Assembly (NCBI GenBank): GCA_034780895.1 | Contig: JAUZTB010000135.1 | Location: 6,852,038 to 6,916,037 of the forward strand | Direction of reading: 5' to 3' | From: Rhynchobatus australiae | Taxonomy: Eukaryota | DNA: 64,000 nucleotides | Shown here: positions 35,286 to 48,789 of the stretch, one piece after another | Layout of the letters: each line of letters starts with the position of its first letter | Position numbering within the stretch: position 1 is the first letter of the stretch | The notes under the pieces: model-generated | What the model was told of the DNA's origin: nothing | What the model saw: only the letters and a program-made list of their open reading frames with translations | Databases searched by the model: none | Made by a program: the position numbers and the translations under genes

Positions 35286-38200
35286 TTATTCACGGACAGA
35301 CAGACCAGAACTTCATAGTCAACATTATTTGATTACTTTTGTGAAAAATGTTTGAGTTAAATTCAGAGGTGATTTATTTTCCGAATCTTACATTTTTCTT
35401 CTTCCCAATCACGTGGTGTTTATTGGTGATACTGAATAGATGGAATTTTATGTGTTATTAAAAGATGGGACTCAATTAAACGCAACTTAAGTGGCTGACA
35501 AATTGCTGGATTTACTGAATTTAATTCTGTAATGTTATGAGTTTATTTGTGTTCAAGTCCCAGATTGGTGGTCCTGTTCTACAGTTGACTGCTTCTGAAT
35601 CTACATCTGCTTTCATAACATTATCCTGAACAGTAATTGAAATTGTAAGGTAGAAAGTAATGAGTTCTATAGGGTCTTTTGTGTTGAATTAGATTAATTC
35701 CCAATGAAAGAGNNNNNNNNNNNNNNNNNNNNNNNNNNNNNNNNNNNNNNNNNNNNNNNNNNNNNNNNNNNNNNNNNNNNNNNNNNNNNNNNNNNNNNNN
35801 NNNNNNNNNNNNAAGAGTATGGTGTGCAGAAGAGTGAATTTATGTTATCTTAAAACTAGCAAGAGTGTACAACTTGATATTAATACAAAATCAATACCTA
35901 ACGATGAAATTTAAAGATGATTTGAACATTAAAGCAGTTTACATTTATGTCTGTCATGCTGATTAAACAATGTGTACGTCACATTTCTCAATTTAAACTG
36001 AAATGTAGCCTGTGGATAAAATGGAAATTGTAACATGTGGATATTTACTTTGAATCTGACCTGGTCCTGCTGTTGTCTGCTAAAATTATCACAATGATAA
36101 AGAACAAAATATTTTATGTATTACTGAATTATCTCATTGTTTTCCATTCAGAAGGGAAAATAGTGAAGGCGGGCTGTGCACCTCATTGTACAGTTTGCTA
36201 TATGCTGCATACCACATTTTGTGGTCATTCTGTTTTTATTTTTATCAACTAATGTCCAGAATTAAAGCTATGTTAAGTGCTCAGTGTTATAGTCACTGTA
36301 TGCTGCTCTGGTGTTTCACTGGCACTAACCATGAAATAAACTTAACAAGACCAGTGACCAAGAATCTCTTTAAAATGCATGATGCTTGTTAAATGGGAAC
36401 CAGCAGCATGGAGCANNNNNNNNNNNNNNNNNNNNNNNNNNNNNNNNNNNNNNNNNNNNNNNNNNNNNNNNNNNNNNNNNNNNNNNNNNNNNNNNNNNNN
36501 NNNNNNNNNNNNNNNTAAAGCATGAAAATGTAGCTCATGTATTTGCATCATATTTCTTCTAATAATCATAACTTTGAACAACTGTCTGTAATGTTCTTAA
36601 TACAGTTTCCCAATGATCTTTGCTGTTACAGGAACATTCCAGCAACTGAAGAAGTTCAATAATGTTAGGTTTACAAACCACTGAAAAGACCACATTGCAC
36701 ACATGGCTAAAAACAAAGCTCTCTTTCAGTGAAAATTAATGAATGCAATGGGGTTTCCTGACTTTTATCGATGGCTGTGCAAGCAACACAAACTATGGAA
36801 TAGTTTAGTTGTTTTCTCCCAAAGATTCTTCGCAATTTTCCTTGTTAATAATGTTAATTTACTCTGAAAATAAGCCAATAGAAAGTATAACCAAAAAATA
36901 AGCTGATTGCTATATTGTTAAATTAATTCACAAACTTGCAATTCCATTTCTCAGGTTAGAATTCACTGACTTTACCATGGGTAATTACCAATTACCCTTG
37001 GGTAATATCCCAACTTATTTTATAAAATTACTCACAAAAGTAAATACTTTGAATTGTTGAAATTAACAAGTGCAATGATAGACTTGATTACATGATGAAA
37101 TTTAATCTGCCATGCTGTTGAAAGACAAATCTCAACTTTAATTCCAGTTTATTATCATGTCAAAGGTCTGGACCTGTCACCTGCTTGATAAAGAACAGGC
37201 CTAAAGGTACAGGCTACAGAGAGGCTCAAAGTTGTCAGTAACCACATGATTGGATTATACTGCTGATTTATGAGTCTGACTGCTGGAAGAATTCATTGGT
37301 TACAGCCAACTCTAGTGTTAACACCTTTCTTATCACATTCTTTTCGAGTTCAATTTTCACTTCTTCTTCCATTTCCTGCATTAAAGGGCATGTCAAAAAA
37401 ACTCCATAGCCTTCCTCACCTATGAAGAGCCACCCAATAAGGGCCTAAAATGGCAGAGCATCAGAGGTGGGAGGATATTTTCTTGAAAGCAGTGGCACAC
37501 ATTGGAGTCGAAATGCTGTTTTATCATGCTGGGCTGTGTGGGAGGATTGACATACTAGATGACTCTTTACGGAAAGTGATCTTGTTACCCCCTGCTGGGT
37601 CGGAGTCTATTGGGTTGACTGCTTCCCTGGGAGTGTTAAGAGTCTCTTTCCAGCATTTGTCTCTGTGAATATGTTTATTTGTTCTATGTTGTCATTGGGT
37701 GGAGAAAGTGCTGTGCATGATGAATATCAGGATCAATAAAAAGTTGTTTGTGTGATTGCTTCTATTAGTTAATTAGATCCTGAGCTATTTAGCAAATTAG
37801 TGTTCCCAAGATATAGATTGTTCTGAAGTAACTAGTAGGATTATTGATTCAATCAGAAGGAGGAAATGTGGGAAGCCAAAACTGTTTCCGAATACTAACA
37901 GTTGCTTGATATCAGCACCTACACACTTGCCAGCTCTTGTCAGCTAATTGAATGCTTGTTCAGTTTTATACTGATCCAATTTACTTAGGTGGTATAATTA
38001 ATTGTCGCAAGTGGCTATGCTAAATCCTCTCAACAATGTGCAAAGTTGAAACTGTAATTGTAATAGTTGAGAAATGCACAATGTGGAGCACTGTGGAGAA
38101 GTGTGTGGCATCTCTCATACTTTGTGCAAAAAGGTTAAAGTTCCAAGAGCTGCGGTACTTAGCAGAATATAAATTTTCTATTCCACAGCGTTCCAGTTAT

Positions 38201-38604
38201 GGGAAGGATGTAGGAGAAAATTTTGATGCATCATGAAATCAATCAGCATTGAGGAAGGCTACTTCAAATATTGTGCCTTGTTGGTTCTAATTCATTTTAT
38301 GACCTTCTACTTTTCTTCATGGCCTTTTAATTTTTTTTTCCAAAATTTACTTCATTCTCAATTGAAGGATACTTTTGAACTTTTCAGACATGCATTCCAG
38401 ATCATCCTAATTTGCTATGTGCAACCAAAAATATCTCTTCATCTCTCCATTTTGTCCATTATCTAAAATCTGTCTCCTCTGGTGAATGACACTCTTGCCA
38501 GTGGAAACAATTACCTCTTATTTACCCAACAGAACATTTCATTTTGACCACTACTATTAAACTTTGATGGAACCGCAAGATTTGTGGATATCATGTTCTG
38601 TTTT

Positions 38605-39770
38605 CTTCAAAAATATGCTTTATTCATAAAATTTGCATATAATTTAAACAGCCGTAAGTCATAGAAGACAGATTATATTCAATCTTTACAGTAAAAGGTA
38701 CACTAGGGTGCCTCATTGCAGTTTCTTACAAGGTTATCTTTANNNNNNNNNNNNNNNNNNNNNNNNNNNNNNNNNNNNNNNNNNNNNNNNNNNNNNNNNN
38801 NNNNNNNNNNNNNNNNNNNNNNNNNNNNNNNNNNNNNNNNNNAAGGTTATCTTTACATCAGTGTGACATGTTATTTCCTTTAAATGCATTCCCTAAAAGA
38901 AAGTTTGAAGCGATTTCTTTCCCCCAGAGGTTTCAGCCTTTAGTAGGAAATGATGAGAGGGCCATAAACTGGCCATTCCTGTATCAAGCTTCAGTCCATC
39001 CGAGTACATAGTATGGGACCTTGAACTGTGCCAGTCTGGGACATTTGGTGGTGGATACCTCTTTGCAAAGGAAGAGCTGCAGGTTATGGGCAGACTGAAT
39101 TAATGATTTTGCAGCAGCAGATGATGTATATCTCACTGTGTCCCTGGGAACAGCCTGTTGGGTATAGAACCATTTGCTCAGGATGAACTTTGGTAAAGAC
39201 CACTGCATCACTTTCAAAACCTTCTGTGCAGGCATGCATTCCAGGAGTAGGTGAATGATGGTCTCTTCCCCACTGCAGCTATCTCAAGGGCAGTGTGTCA
39301 CAGCACTTTGACTTCAACTGTCCAATGCCTTGGTGCTTGTTTGAAAGTTCTGGTGATGAGGCATCATGCCAAGTACTTACGACAGGCTACNNNNNNNNNN
39401 NNNNNNNNCTGAAAATCTTGCTGTCTGAANNNNNNNNNNNNNNNNNNNNNNNNNNNNNNNNNNNNNNNNNNNNNNNNNNNNNNNNNNNNNNNNNNNNNNN
39501 NNNNNNNNNNNNNNNNNNNNNNNNNNNNNNNNNNNNNNNNNNNNNNNNNNNNNNNNNNNNNNNNNNNNNNNNNNNNNNNNNNNNNNNNNNNNNNNNNNNN
39601 NNNNNNNNNNNNNNNNNNNNNNNNNNNNNNNNNNNNNNNNNNNNNNNNNNNNNNNNNNNNNNNNNNNNNNNNNNNNNNNNNNNNNNNNNNNNNNNNNNNN
39701 NNNNNNNNNNNNNACTGAGCCAGCGGCTTGTACTTTGAATAGTGCTGCCCATTGGTGAATCATCTCACAT
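38605..39770 (-). mobile_element. Tx1/L1-clade LINE 3' region, degraded and gapped
   Basis: Minus strand 39297-39235 translates THCP*DSCSGEETIIHLLLEC then MPAQKV, the C-terminal CCHC knuckle of L1/Tx1 ORF2. TTTATT polyA-signal-like end near 38620. Outer limits uncertain. Confidence 0.7.
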
Positions 39771-40304
39771 TGGGCACAAGTCAGCTAAGTGATGGTGCTG
39801 TCAGTGACTGCTCTCTGTCACAATATTTTAATGAAGAAGCTAAGAATAGTCAACCACTTGATTTTTTCAACACTAACCGTAATACTGCCACACGCTTCTA
39901 CTATAACAACAAAAATAAGCAAAATGTGGGTATATAGAATTAGGTTGCAGATCAATCAGACGTGAGCACTGCAGTTCCAGTTTTCCAAAGACTTTCTCTA
40001 TGTCTTGGTCCCTTTGGTAAAAGAGAAGTGACTTCAATTAAAATACACAAGGAGATCTGCTAATGTTTAATTACAGTCTATCTGCCTATAAATTTGAAAT
40101 TATTGAAACATTTTGGAGAATTTGTGTTTTGCACAAATTGCTTGTTTTTGTTTCATTTTAGTTTGAAATGCTGAGCCATTTTGTAATTTGCTTGTTTGAT
40201 GAGTTGAGGTAATGTGGCTGTTCTACTGCTATAGTTCTTGTGCCTTGTTGGCCCTATGTTAATACTTTGACTCAGAAGTTCATAAGTTTAAATCCCTTTA
40301 CAGG

Positions 40305-40460
40305 ATCTGAGCATATGATCTCAGTTGTCATATTAATGTGGGGCAGAGTGAGTCCTGTAACTTTTTGGAAATGCTACCTTTTGTTTAGGATGGAAAGAAA
40401 GTTTGTGTCTTCTGCTTCAAGTGGTTGGAAAGGATCCTTGACATTTTTATGCAGAAGAGT
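40305..40460 (+). mobile_element. Deu-domain SINE fragment
   Basis: CTGAGCATATGATCTCAGTTGTCA...GGAAATGCTACCTTT...CTTCAAGTGGTTGGAAAGGATCCTTGACATTTTTATGCAGAAGAG. Confidence 0.5.
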
Positions 40461-40514
40461 CTGAATTTTAAGGTAAACAAACCCGAAGATTGGAAGCAGT
40501 TTGGACTTCAGCAG

Positions 40515-40870
40515 AGAAGGACACAGAAATTCTTAAGAGAGCAAAAGTAGAGTATCAGAGTAAACTTACTGGAAAAGTAAAAATGGACTGTAAAAGCTTC
40601 TACAGATATATAAAAAGAAAAAGGCTAATGAAAAGAGTAGGTCTCCTATCGTCAGTATTGCGAGAATTCATTGTGGAGAATAAGGGAATGGCAGAGCAGT
40701 TAAACAAAATTTTCAGTTCTGTCTTTGCAGAGGAATACACAAGTAACATTGCCTAAAAATTAGGGAATCAAGAATCTAATGAACATGAGGAATTAAAGGA
40801 AATTAGTATTGGAATAAAATGCTGGAGAAATTAATGGCACTGAAAGCTGATAGATCCCCAGGGTTTGATC
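40515..40870 (+). mobile_element. CR1 ORF2 internal (tether) fragment
   Basis: KRAKVEYQSKLTGKVKMDCKSFYRYIKRKR...MAEQLNKIFSSVF and LEKLMALKADRSPGFD. Confidence 0.88.
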
Positions 40871-42644
40871 ATTTTAATTCCAGTGCACTAAATTGGGGTA
40901 GTTATACCCCTAATACCTACAGTTTAACCAGTCTTAACCATTACCAAATTTCCCTACATGACTTTGTAGTACCACTTTATCTTGGTAAACTGTTTCACCT
41001 AGAATTGTACAAACTTTACTAGCAGTATGTAATTCCAACTCAAGACATTAGCTAAATAAGTATTTATGGTGTTGAATAACATATTTCTCAAAATTATGTT
41101 NNNNNNNNNNNNNNNNNNNNNNNNNNNNNNNNNNNNNNNNNNNNNNNNNNNNNNNNNNNNNNNNNNNNNNNNNNNNNNNNNNNNNNNNNNNNNNNNNNNN
41201 NNNNNNNNNNNNNNNNNNNNNNNNNNNNNNNNNNNNNNNNNNNNNNNNNNNNNNNNNNNNNNNNNNNNNNNNNNNNNNNNNNNNNNNNNNNNNNNNNNNN
41301 NNNNNNNNNNNNNNNNNNNNNNNNNNNNNNNNNNNNNNNNNNNNNNNNNNNNNNNNNNNNNNNNNNNNNNNNNNNNNNNNNNNNNNNNNNNNNNNNNNNN
41401 NNNNNNNNNNNNNNNNNNNNNNNNNNNNNNNNNNNNNNNNNNNNNNNNNNNNNNNNNNNNNNNNNNNNNNNNNNNNNNNNNNNNNNNNNNNNNNNNNNNN
41501 NNNNNNNNNNNNNNNNNNNNNNNNNNNNNNNNNNNNNNNNNNNNNNNNNNNNNNNNNNNNNNNNNNNNNNNNNNNNNNNNNNNNNNNNNNNNNNNNNNNN
41601 NNNNNNNNNNNNNNNNNNNNNNNNNNNNNNNNNNNNNNNNNNNNNNNNNNTCATATTTCTAAGACAATTATGTTTAAGTAACATTGTTGATGGATAATAA
41701 GCAAGCCCTTGTCTTCAAGATACAGCCAGAGGTCCTTTTGAATTTGCCTGGGAGAGGTATCATATTGATGACACATATTTTGCCAGTCTATAGAGTGAGA
41801 ATGTGAACAATTGAACCAATTTTGTAGTTCAGCTTATGATAACTCATTGTCTGGTAAACCTGATTTTTTACCTTCTCATCCTCTTGGTCACGAGATAGAT
41901 GCCCAACTCCATTTAACCATTGACTTAACATTTTTTTCAAATCTGAAGGTTCAGTATTTAGTCCATTACTATCAATGCAATGAATATAAACGGTTACCTT
42001 AACCACTGTAAAAATGAAAGGTCTTTCAGCCCATCAAGTGCATACTATTTCGTCAGACCATTCAATCCCAATCCCATGCTTTTCACTATGGCCCTGCAAA
42101 TTATTTTCTGTTGTTGCTATTCAAATTAACATAATAATTGTGTTTTTATAAGTTATGATCACAATCCATAATTTATCAGTTATTTGCTTTGCAATTTTCC
42201 TCTCAATTTTTTGTTATTGTAGATGAAAAAATATTGCTATGTTAATTAACAGGAATAAAATGTTATACTTTCATGTTGAGGCATGATTAGAATTAAGCAT
42301 TGAATGTAAGTGGATTTGATTATGTGAGTCAGTAATGATTTTGGGAGGATACAATCTGATAGATCAAGGTCAGAAATCCAGACATCGTGCACTTCATATT
42401 TTTCTTCACAGCATAGTGCTGATGGAACTAAATCTCTTAAATACAATTTGACACATTTAGTCGGTAAGAAAGTCTTTTAGCATGTATTCTGCAAGATGTG
42501 ATGCCTGACATTTACAATGCCACTTATCTTTGTGTTGTGAGAAGTTTTATATAAGCCCCTCAATCCAGAAGCATGTAAAACTTCATTTTATCCCATTTTG
42601 CCTAGTGAAGCATTCTGAAAGATTTTCTTTCAGAAGTGATGGAG

Positions 42645-43350
42645 CATTGATGTACAGAGGGATCTTGGGGTGCAAGTTCATAGCTCCCTAAAGTGGCAAC
42701 ACAAGTGGATAGGGTGGTACAGAAGGCGTATGGGATGCTTGCCTTCATTGGTCGGGACACTGAGTTTAAAAGTTGTGAAGTCATATTGCAGCCGTATAAA
42801 ACATTAGTTAGCCCACATTTGGAGTATTGTGTGCTGTTATGATTGCTACATTATAGGAGAGATGTGGAGGCTTTGGAGAGGGTGTAGAAGAGGTTCACTG
42901 GGATGTTGCCTGGATTGGTGAGTATTAGCTAAGGAGAAGTTGGACAAACTTGGATTGTTTTCTCTGAGCATTGGCGGCAGAGGGACAACGTGATAAAAAT
43001 ATATAAAATTATGAGAGCCATAGATAGGGTAGATGGAATCTTTTCTCCAAGGTGGGTATGTCAAATACTAGAGGGCACAGGTTTAAGGAGAGAGGGGCAA
43101 GTTCAAAGGAGATGTTCAGGGCAAGATTTTTTTACACAGAGAGTGGTGGGTGCCTGGAATGCACTGCCATGCAAGGTGATTGTGGAAACAGATATGATTG
43201 CAATGTTTAAGAGGCATTTAGACAGACATATGGACAAGCAGGGAATGGAGGGATAGGGACCATGTGCGGGCAGATGGGATTAATTTAGATTGGTATCATG
43301 GTCGGCACAGACACTGTGGCCTGTTCTTGTGCTGAACTGTTCTATGTTCC
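42645..43350 (+). mobile_element. CR1 LINE 3' ~700 bp
   Basis: GGGATCTTGGGGTGCAAGTTCATAGCTCCCTAAAGTGGC start, FFTQRVVGAWNALP...FKRHLDRHM, TGTTCTATGTTC tail. Confidence 0.92.
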
Positions 43351-44429
43351 AATTAAGTTTGGATGTACAGTTTTTCTTGGCATTAAAACATTGTTGCATG
43401 TCTCCTTTATGATATTTACAAAAAAGGACTGCAAAACGTGACAGCCATGTCTGGCTTTATGCTGTTTCAGAAATGGTGAGCACAATTAAAAAAACAGTGA
43501 CTTTTTCTCAGCTGCAGGCACTTAGCGACATAACTGAGAACTCCACTGAGCCCTTAAAGGAACATGTGCACAAAATCACCTGCACCCCTTCTAGCTCTGG
43601 GACAGTATTGCACTGCTGATGCTTAAGGGGAGGGAGTATGCTTCTTGGTTTACTATTAAGGATCTTGAGAGGCTGGTGGATTACATCTTGCTCAGAAAGG
43701 ATATCCTCTCTCCAGGCGTCAGTTAGGAGCTTCTGGCATGAAGTTGCTGGGAAGAGTGGTTAATCTGTGAATGCTCCACGGACTGATGGAGAAGTAGATG
43801 AAATCTGCTCTTGTGGAATGGAGATGACCTCCAATCACTGACCTCTGTAATGTACCAGTGAGCAGCAAACTGTGGGATATATCTGTAGATTCGGCTGGAA
43901 TGATCCTGAATTTAGGAAACTGNNNNNNNNNNNNNNNNNNNNNNNNNNNNNNNNNNNNNNNNNNNNNNNNNNNNNNNNNNNNNNNNNNNNNNNNNNNNNN
44001 NNNNNNNNNNNNNNNNNNNNNNGCATGCTCCGCATTCCAGGCAGCATCCTTGTAAACCTCCTCTGCACCCTCTCTATGACCTCCACATCTTTCCTGTAGA
44101 TGTGACCTTGGCTTCTGTTGTGAGAATAGTACAGGAGTGTGTGACGTTGCACTTGAGGTTTTAAGAGGTCACAGATGTGAAAGAGAACTATTTTGTGGAA
44201 GCACTGCTTTTGTGGACATTGCTTCTCCATTTTTGTGGACATGTCTCTTATACATCCATGTCCTGCATAAAAAGAAATGTTATGTCTGGACAAATGCATT
44301 AAAAGGCAGTTTTAGTTTCAGCAAACTGTTGAAGACAAGTCTTCAATGTGTGCAGTACGCAGAGTAAGTTGTGAGTGTGCAGAGTGATGTGTCGCAGTAT
44401 GTACACAAATGCAGGTTGAATGTGATTGA

Positions 44430-44575
44430 CATAAGAGATTACAGATGCTGGAATCTGGAGCAAAAAACAAACTGCGGGATAAACTCAGTGGGTCAGGCAG
44501 CATCTGAAGAGGGAAAAGAACAGTTGATGTTTCAATTCGAGACCCTGGACTGAAAGAGTAGAGGGGAGATAGACA
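44430..44575 (-). mobile_element. Penelope-derived short repeat (hammerhead core deleted)
   Basis: ACAGATGCTGGAATCTGGAGCAAAAAACAAACTGC...AACTCAGTGGGTCAGGCAGCATCTG...GATGTTTCAATTCGAGACCCTG. Confidence 0.75.
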
Positions 44576-44744
44576 CTATTGAGTGTGATTGATGCTGTAA
44601 CTAACATTATTTCTGAGTCTTCAGCATTAGAAAATGCTGGTTCTTCTGTGGCTGAACAGCAAGTGTTGTTTTTGGAACAATTTGATAGAAAATTTCATTG
44701 GTGACAAACTTTGAGTGTTGCATTACTGTTGATGTCAGAGAGGC

Positions 44745-45295
44745 ATAGAGTTGCACAGCATAGAAATGGGCATGCTGACCTTTTTGTCCATCTATGCTAA
44801 TCCAATTTGTCCCCATCATGTCAATGTCCTTCTGCGCCTTGTGTATTTAAGTGCCTATCTAAATGTCTCTTAAACATAATGACTGCATCTGATTCCACCA
44901 CCTCCTCTGGCAGCAAGTTCCAGATATCAACCAATCTGTGTTTTAAAAAAACATCTCCCCGCAAGTCCCTTTTCAAACTCTTTCCTCTCACCTTAAACCT
45001 ATGCCCTCTTGTTTTTGATACCCTTACCGTGGGAAAAAGATTCTTTATCCTTTCTCTGCCTCTTATAGTTTTCTATATCTCTATCAGGTCACACCTCAGT
45101 TTCCTTTGCTCCAGGGAAAACAAACCCAGCTTACCCAATCTCTCCACTAAGGTCTCCCAGTGAGGGCACCATCCTGGTGAATCTCCTCTGCATCCTCTCC
45201 AGTACAACCACATCCTTTCTCTAGCATGGTGATCAGAACTGCACACAATAGGATCTAACCAGTGTTTCATAAAGTTGCAACATGACATCCCAACA
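44745..45295 (-). mobile_element. CR1 LINE 3' region
   Basis: Minus ORF ERLGKLGLFSLEQRKLRCDLIEI; tail near 44745. Confidence 0.85.
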
Positions 45296-45303
45296 AGAAG
45301 ATT

Positions 45304-45655
45304 AACACCTCATTCCACCTGGGTAGTTGGGTAGTCTACAATCCATCAGCATAAACATTGAATTCTCCAATTTCGGGCAGCCTGCTCCTCCTCTGTCCCC
45401 TTCTTTCTGAGCTCCCCAGGCCCTCTCGTGCATGCCCTTCCTTCTTTCCAAACCACTCCTTGCCATCTCCCAATTTCTTTTCCCCACCTACTCTATCTGC
45501 GATTATCCACTTGCTTCTCTCACTGGGTTCCCTCTTTCTCCTCCCTGCTCCCCTCCCCACCATTTCCATCTGCTCATCATGCGTCTCTCATTTGGTCCCT
45601 CTTCGCCTTCCTTTCTCTTCGGATTCCATCCTCTGCAGCCCTTTGTTGCCTGCAC
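45304..45655 (+). mobile_element. Penelope-like element 3' end (GIY-YIG tail plus pyrimidine-rich UTR)
   Basis: CACCTCATTCCACCTGGGTAG...CTACAATCCATCAGCATAAACATTGAATTCTCCAATTTC encodes HLI..LG.LQ..SINIEFSNF, as in the 29265-29604 copy. Confidence 0.8.
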
Positions 45656-46634
45656 CACAGGAAGGGCCCCATTTCTGTGCTGTACAATTCTGATTCACGG
45701 CCCTATACCCATGTCAGCTTCTAATGCTGACCCCTTGATTCCAGGATTATAGAAATGTAGCATTAGATCTTTGTCATATTCATGGATGCCGTGAAACTGA
45801 CATAATGAGGACTTAACATTGCAGGATGCAGACGGAGCTAATGATCACATAAGAGAAGATTTTGCTGTTGGAAGTCCCCTGCTGTTTGTGCAGGTACAGG
45901 CCCCATGCTGTGCATGTCTGTCAACACGTCAAACAATGATCTAGCAACCATGAGAATGTCAGCATCAAGTTCATCAGTGGAAATGTTCAGCCTTTGATCT
46001 TTAACCAAGCCACACGGGCTTTACTGCTGCTCTGAGATTATGTAAATGAAAGATGGCTTGATTATACTGTTGGACTGCCCAAGAGAATCAAATCTTAATT
46101 ATAAACAAGTCTGATGCTGAGGGGCTAAAGGGGTATTTGATCACCAAAACCTTTTGCTTTACAAAAGAAACAAACATTCCTTGGAAATATGGTCAGCTTC
46201 AATTGCTTTGCCTTTTGTTAATCTTGAATTTCATTTTGAAATTAGTTTTGTTGCTGAGAGGAGCTGTCTGTTAGGAGTTGCTGAATCTGACATAAAGGAA
46301 TTGATTATTTCTACGTGGCAGAGAGACCCCTCTGTAGTTACTGGTTGGATTTGTCTTCTTCCTTGGTAGGAAGTGTTATTAATCTAGATTGTTTCAGAAA
46401 ATCATGTAATCTCTGCTATTAATTTGTTTGCAAAAGATGCTGAGCTCCTTTGTTAAGCTAGTTCAATTTAACAGTGGATGTCACTATTTGTTTTGGAGTT
46501 AGAGCCAATTCTACTGTAATTATCTTTATTAGCANNNNNNNNNNNNNNNNNNNNNNNNNNNNNNNNNNNNNNNNNNNNNNNNNNNNNNNNNNNNNNNNNN
46601 NNNNNNNNNNNNNNNNNNNNNNNNNNNNNNNNNN

Positions 46635-46900
46635 AACTCTTTCCAGCTATCATCCACCAGTTTTGAGACAAATTTCCCCCTCCCTCTCCCCCTTCCAGCT
46701 CCATCTGTCCGTCATATTCCACCTTACTTTGTTCCACCTATCACCTACCAGCCCCTGTCCCACCACTTCCTCTCACTTCTGTACTGGCTATCTTGCCTCT
46801 ACACTCTTAGTCCTGATGCAGGCGCTTGAAACATCGGCCATCCCTTTGCCTCCACAGATGCTACTTGACCTGCTGAGCTCTTCCAGCAATTTGTTTTTCG
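46635..46900 (+). mobile_element. Penelope-like element 3' UTR/terminal repeat with hammerhead motif
   Basis: C-rich UTR followed by AGTC-CTGATGCA-GGCGCTT-GAAACATC-GGCC and CCACAGATGCTACTTGACCTGCTGAGCTCTTCCAGCA. Confidence 0.8.
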
Positions 46901-48789
46901 TCCCAACTTTTATATACTATGCCCAGCCGATCAAGGCAAACATGCCACATACCTTCTTCACCACCATATCTCCCTGTGTTGCTGCTTAGACAAGCTTGAT
47001 GCTGGACAAAGAGCTCTATCAGTTATGACTATCTCAAGCACAAATGATGATATGATGGTTGTGACTGGCACCAAAGCACCCTGAAATGTATGCAAAATTG
47101 CTTTACCCCAATCTATAAATGATGGCCATGTGCAATTGCAGCAAGTAGATTAGTCGGATTGGCTTGTCCTTCTCCTTGGTTCACTCATCCCTTGCCATAG
47201 ACTCATTGAGGAACTGCTAACATCAAAATGATTGGAAGGGCAATTCAAAGTAAACCCCATCTATTCAGAAAGACGAAAGAAGTTGGAATGACTTTCCCAA
47301 TATACACATTCCACTTCTTCACCATTATGGAAGAGAAACTGCAGAGATGAGATGCACTAAGATTGAGGTGTTACTACAGAAGTGACAGGCACGTGCTGCT
47401 GATGTACTTCTGTTTGTTTAATTGCATTTGCTTTAAGTTCCAGTGATTACCGCACATTGCTGTTGGGAAGATTGGATTAGAAAGCGAGTAAACAATTGTC
47501 CATGAATCCCACTTAAATGTGACACAAGAAATTTCTTGATGTGTAAATGTCATTTCCAAGCCCCTTCATTGAGACTCATCTGNNNNNNNNNNNNNNNNNN
47601 NNNNNNNNNNNNNNNNNNNNNNNNNNNNNNNNNNNNNNNNNNNNNNNNNNNNNNNNNNNNNNNNNNNNNNNNNNNNNNNNNNGACTCATCTGAAAGGATC
47701 CTAATGACTTCTAATGAATAGCAGCAGTGAAAATAATAATGAACTGAATATGTGTTAACTGACAGTACACCGAAGAAAACATTTTCATGCAAAACTGTTA
47801 GGGGTACTTCTCAAAGGATTATGCCTCTATGCTGTTACCTTCTGTTGATTTGACGTGAATGGATTAGTAGTGTTTTCACAATGTAATTTTAGTAAGATTG
47901 ATGATTATTGCTGGGATAATTTTTGTTAGCCTTGCGAGCTCTTTTTTTCCAAAATGTCAGTGTTCCTTGAGCAAATTTAAACTTAATTGGTAAAAAAAAT
48001 TCCTTTGAAGATCCCAGCAGACCCACATAAGGTCTGAATGAGCTAGTAAAGAATAACTTGGCAACAGCTTAAACAGTTTGTTTCTTAAGCCTCCTTTAAA
48101 TTGTAATTAGTTCAAGCTCAGAAAATAGTTGAAAACTCCTGACAATGGATTAGAGTCTAGGTTTTATGGAGGGAAAGAGGACAAAGCTTTTGCTGAATTC
48201 AGCCAAGGTTATTCAATACTTCTGGAAAGTAGCCTTGCCTCTCTGCAGTTTGTATCTACACTGCACCAAATTCTGTTTGCTCATCTTACTGAGCTATGGT
48301 TCATGGTCCTCAGATTTAATTCTTTTGTTTTTTTTAAATTCCTCCACAATCTTCTGTAACCTTCTTCACACTTTTGGTTTTCCTGAATGCACTATTCCCT
48401 TGACAAAAGGCATCAGTGCTTTTCTGTACCTTTGCTACTGGTGGCTGCACATGACTCCTAACCCTCTGCCCAAGCCTTTGATCACTCCATCTCTGGCTCA
48501 GTGTTTTGTGCACATCCTTACACGATGATTCACTTCTAAGCTTTTCTGAGAATTTAATAGATGCAGTATGTCAGAATTGATTGCACTGCTGACAATTACT
48601 TCTGAAGTAAGAAGGAAAATCGAGAAGGGTACACTGTGAATAGAAGTTTCTCTATTTAACTGTTTACCTTGAATACAAAATCAAAAAATAAACTCAGGGA
48701 GACGTGTGTACTTCTAAACTTCTTGTGTTAGTGTTTACTGACCAGGCAAGTGGTAAGTAAACCAACATGAGGCATAAACCCACATTTTT

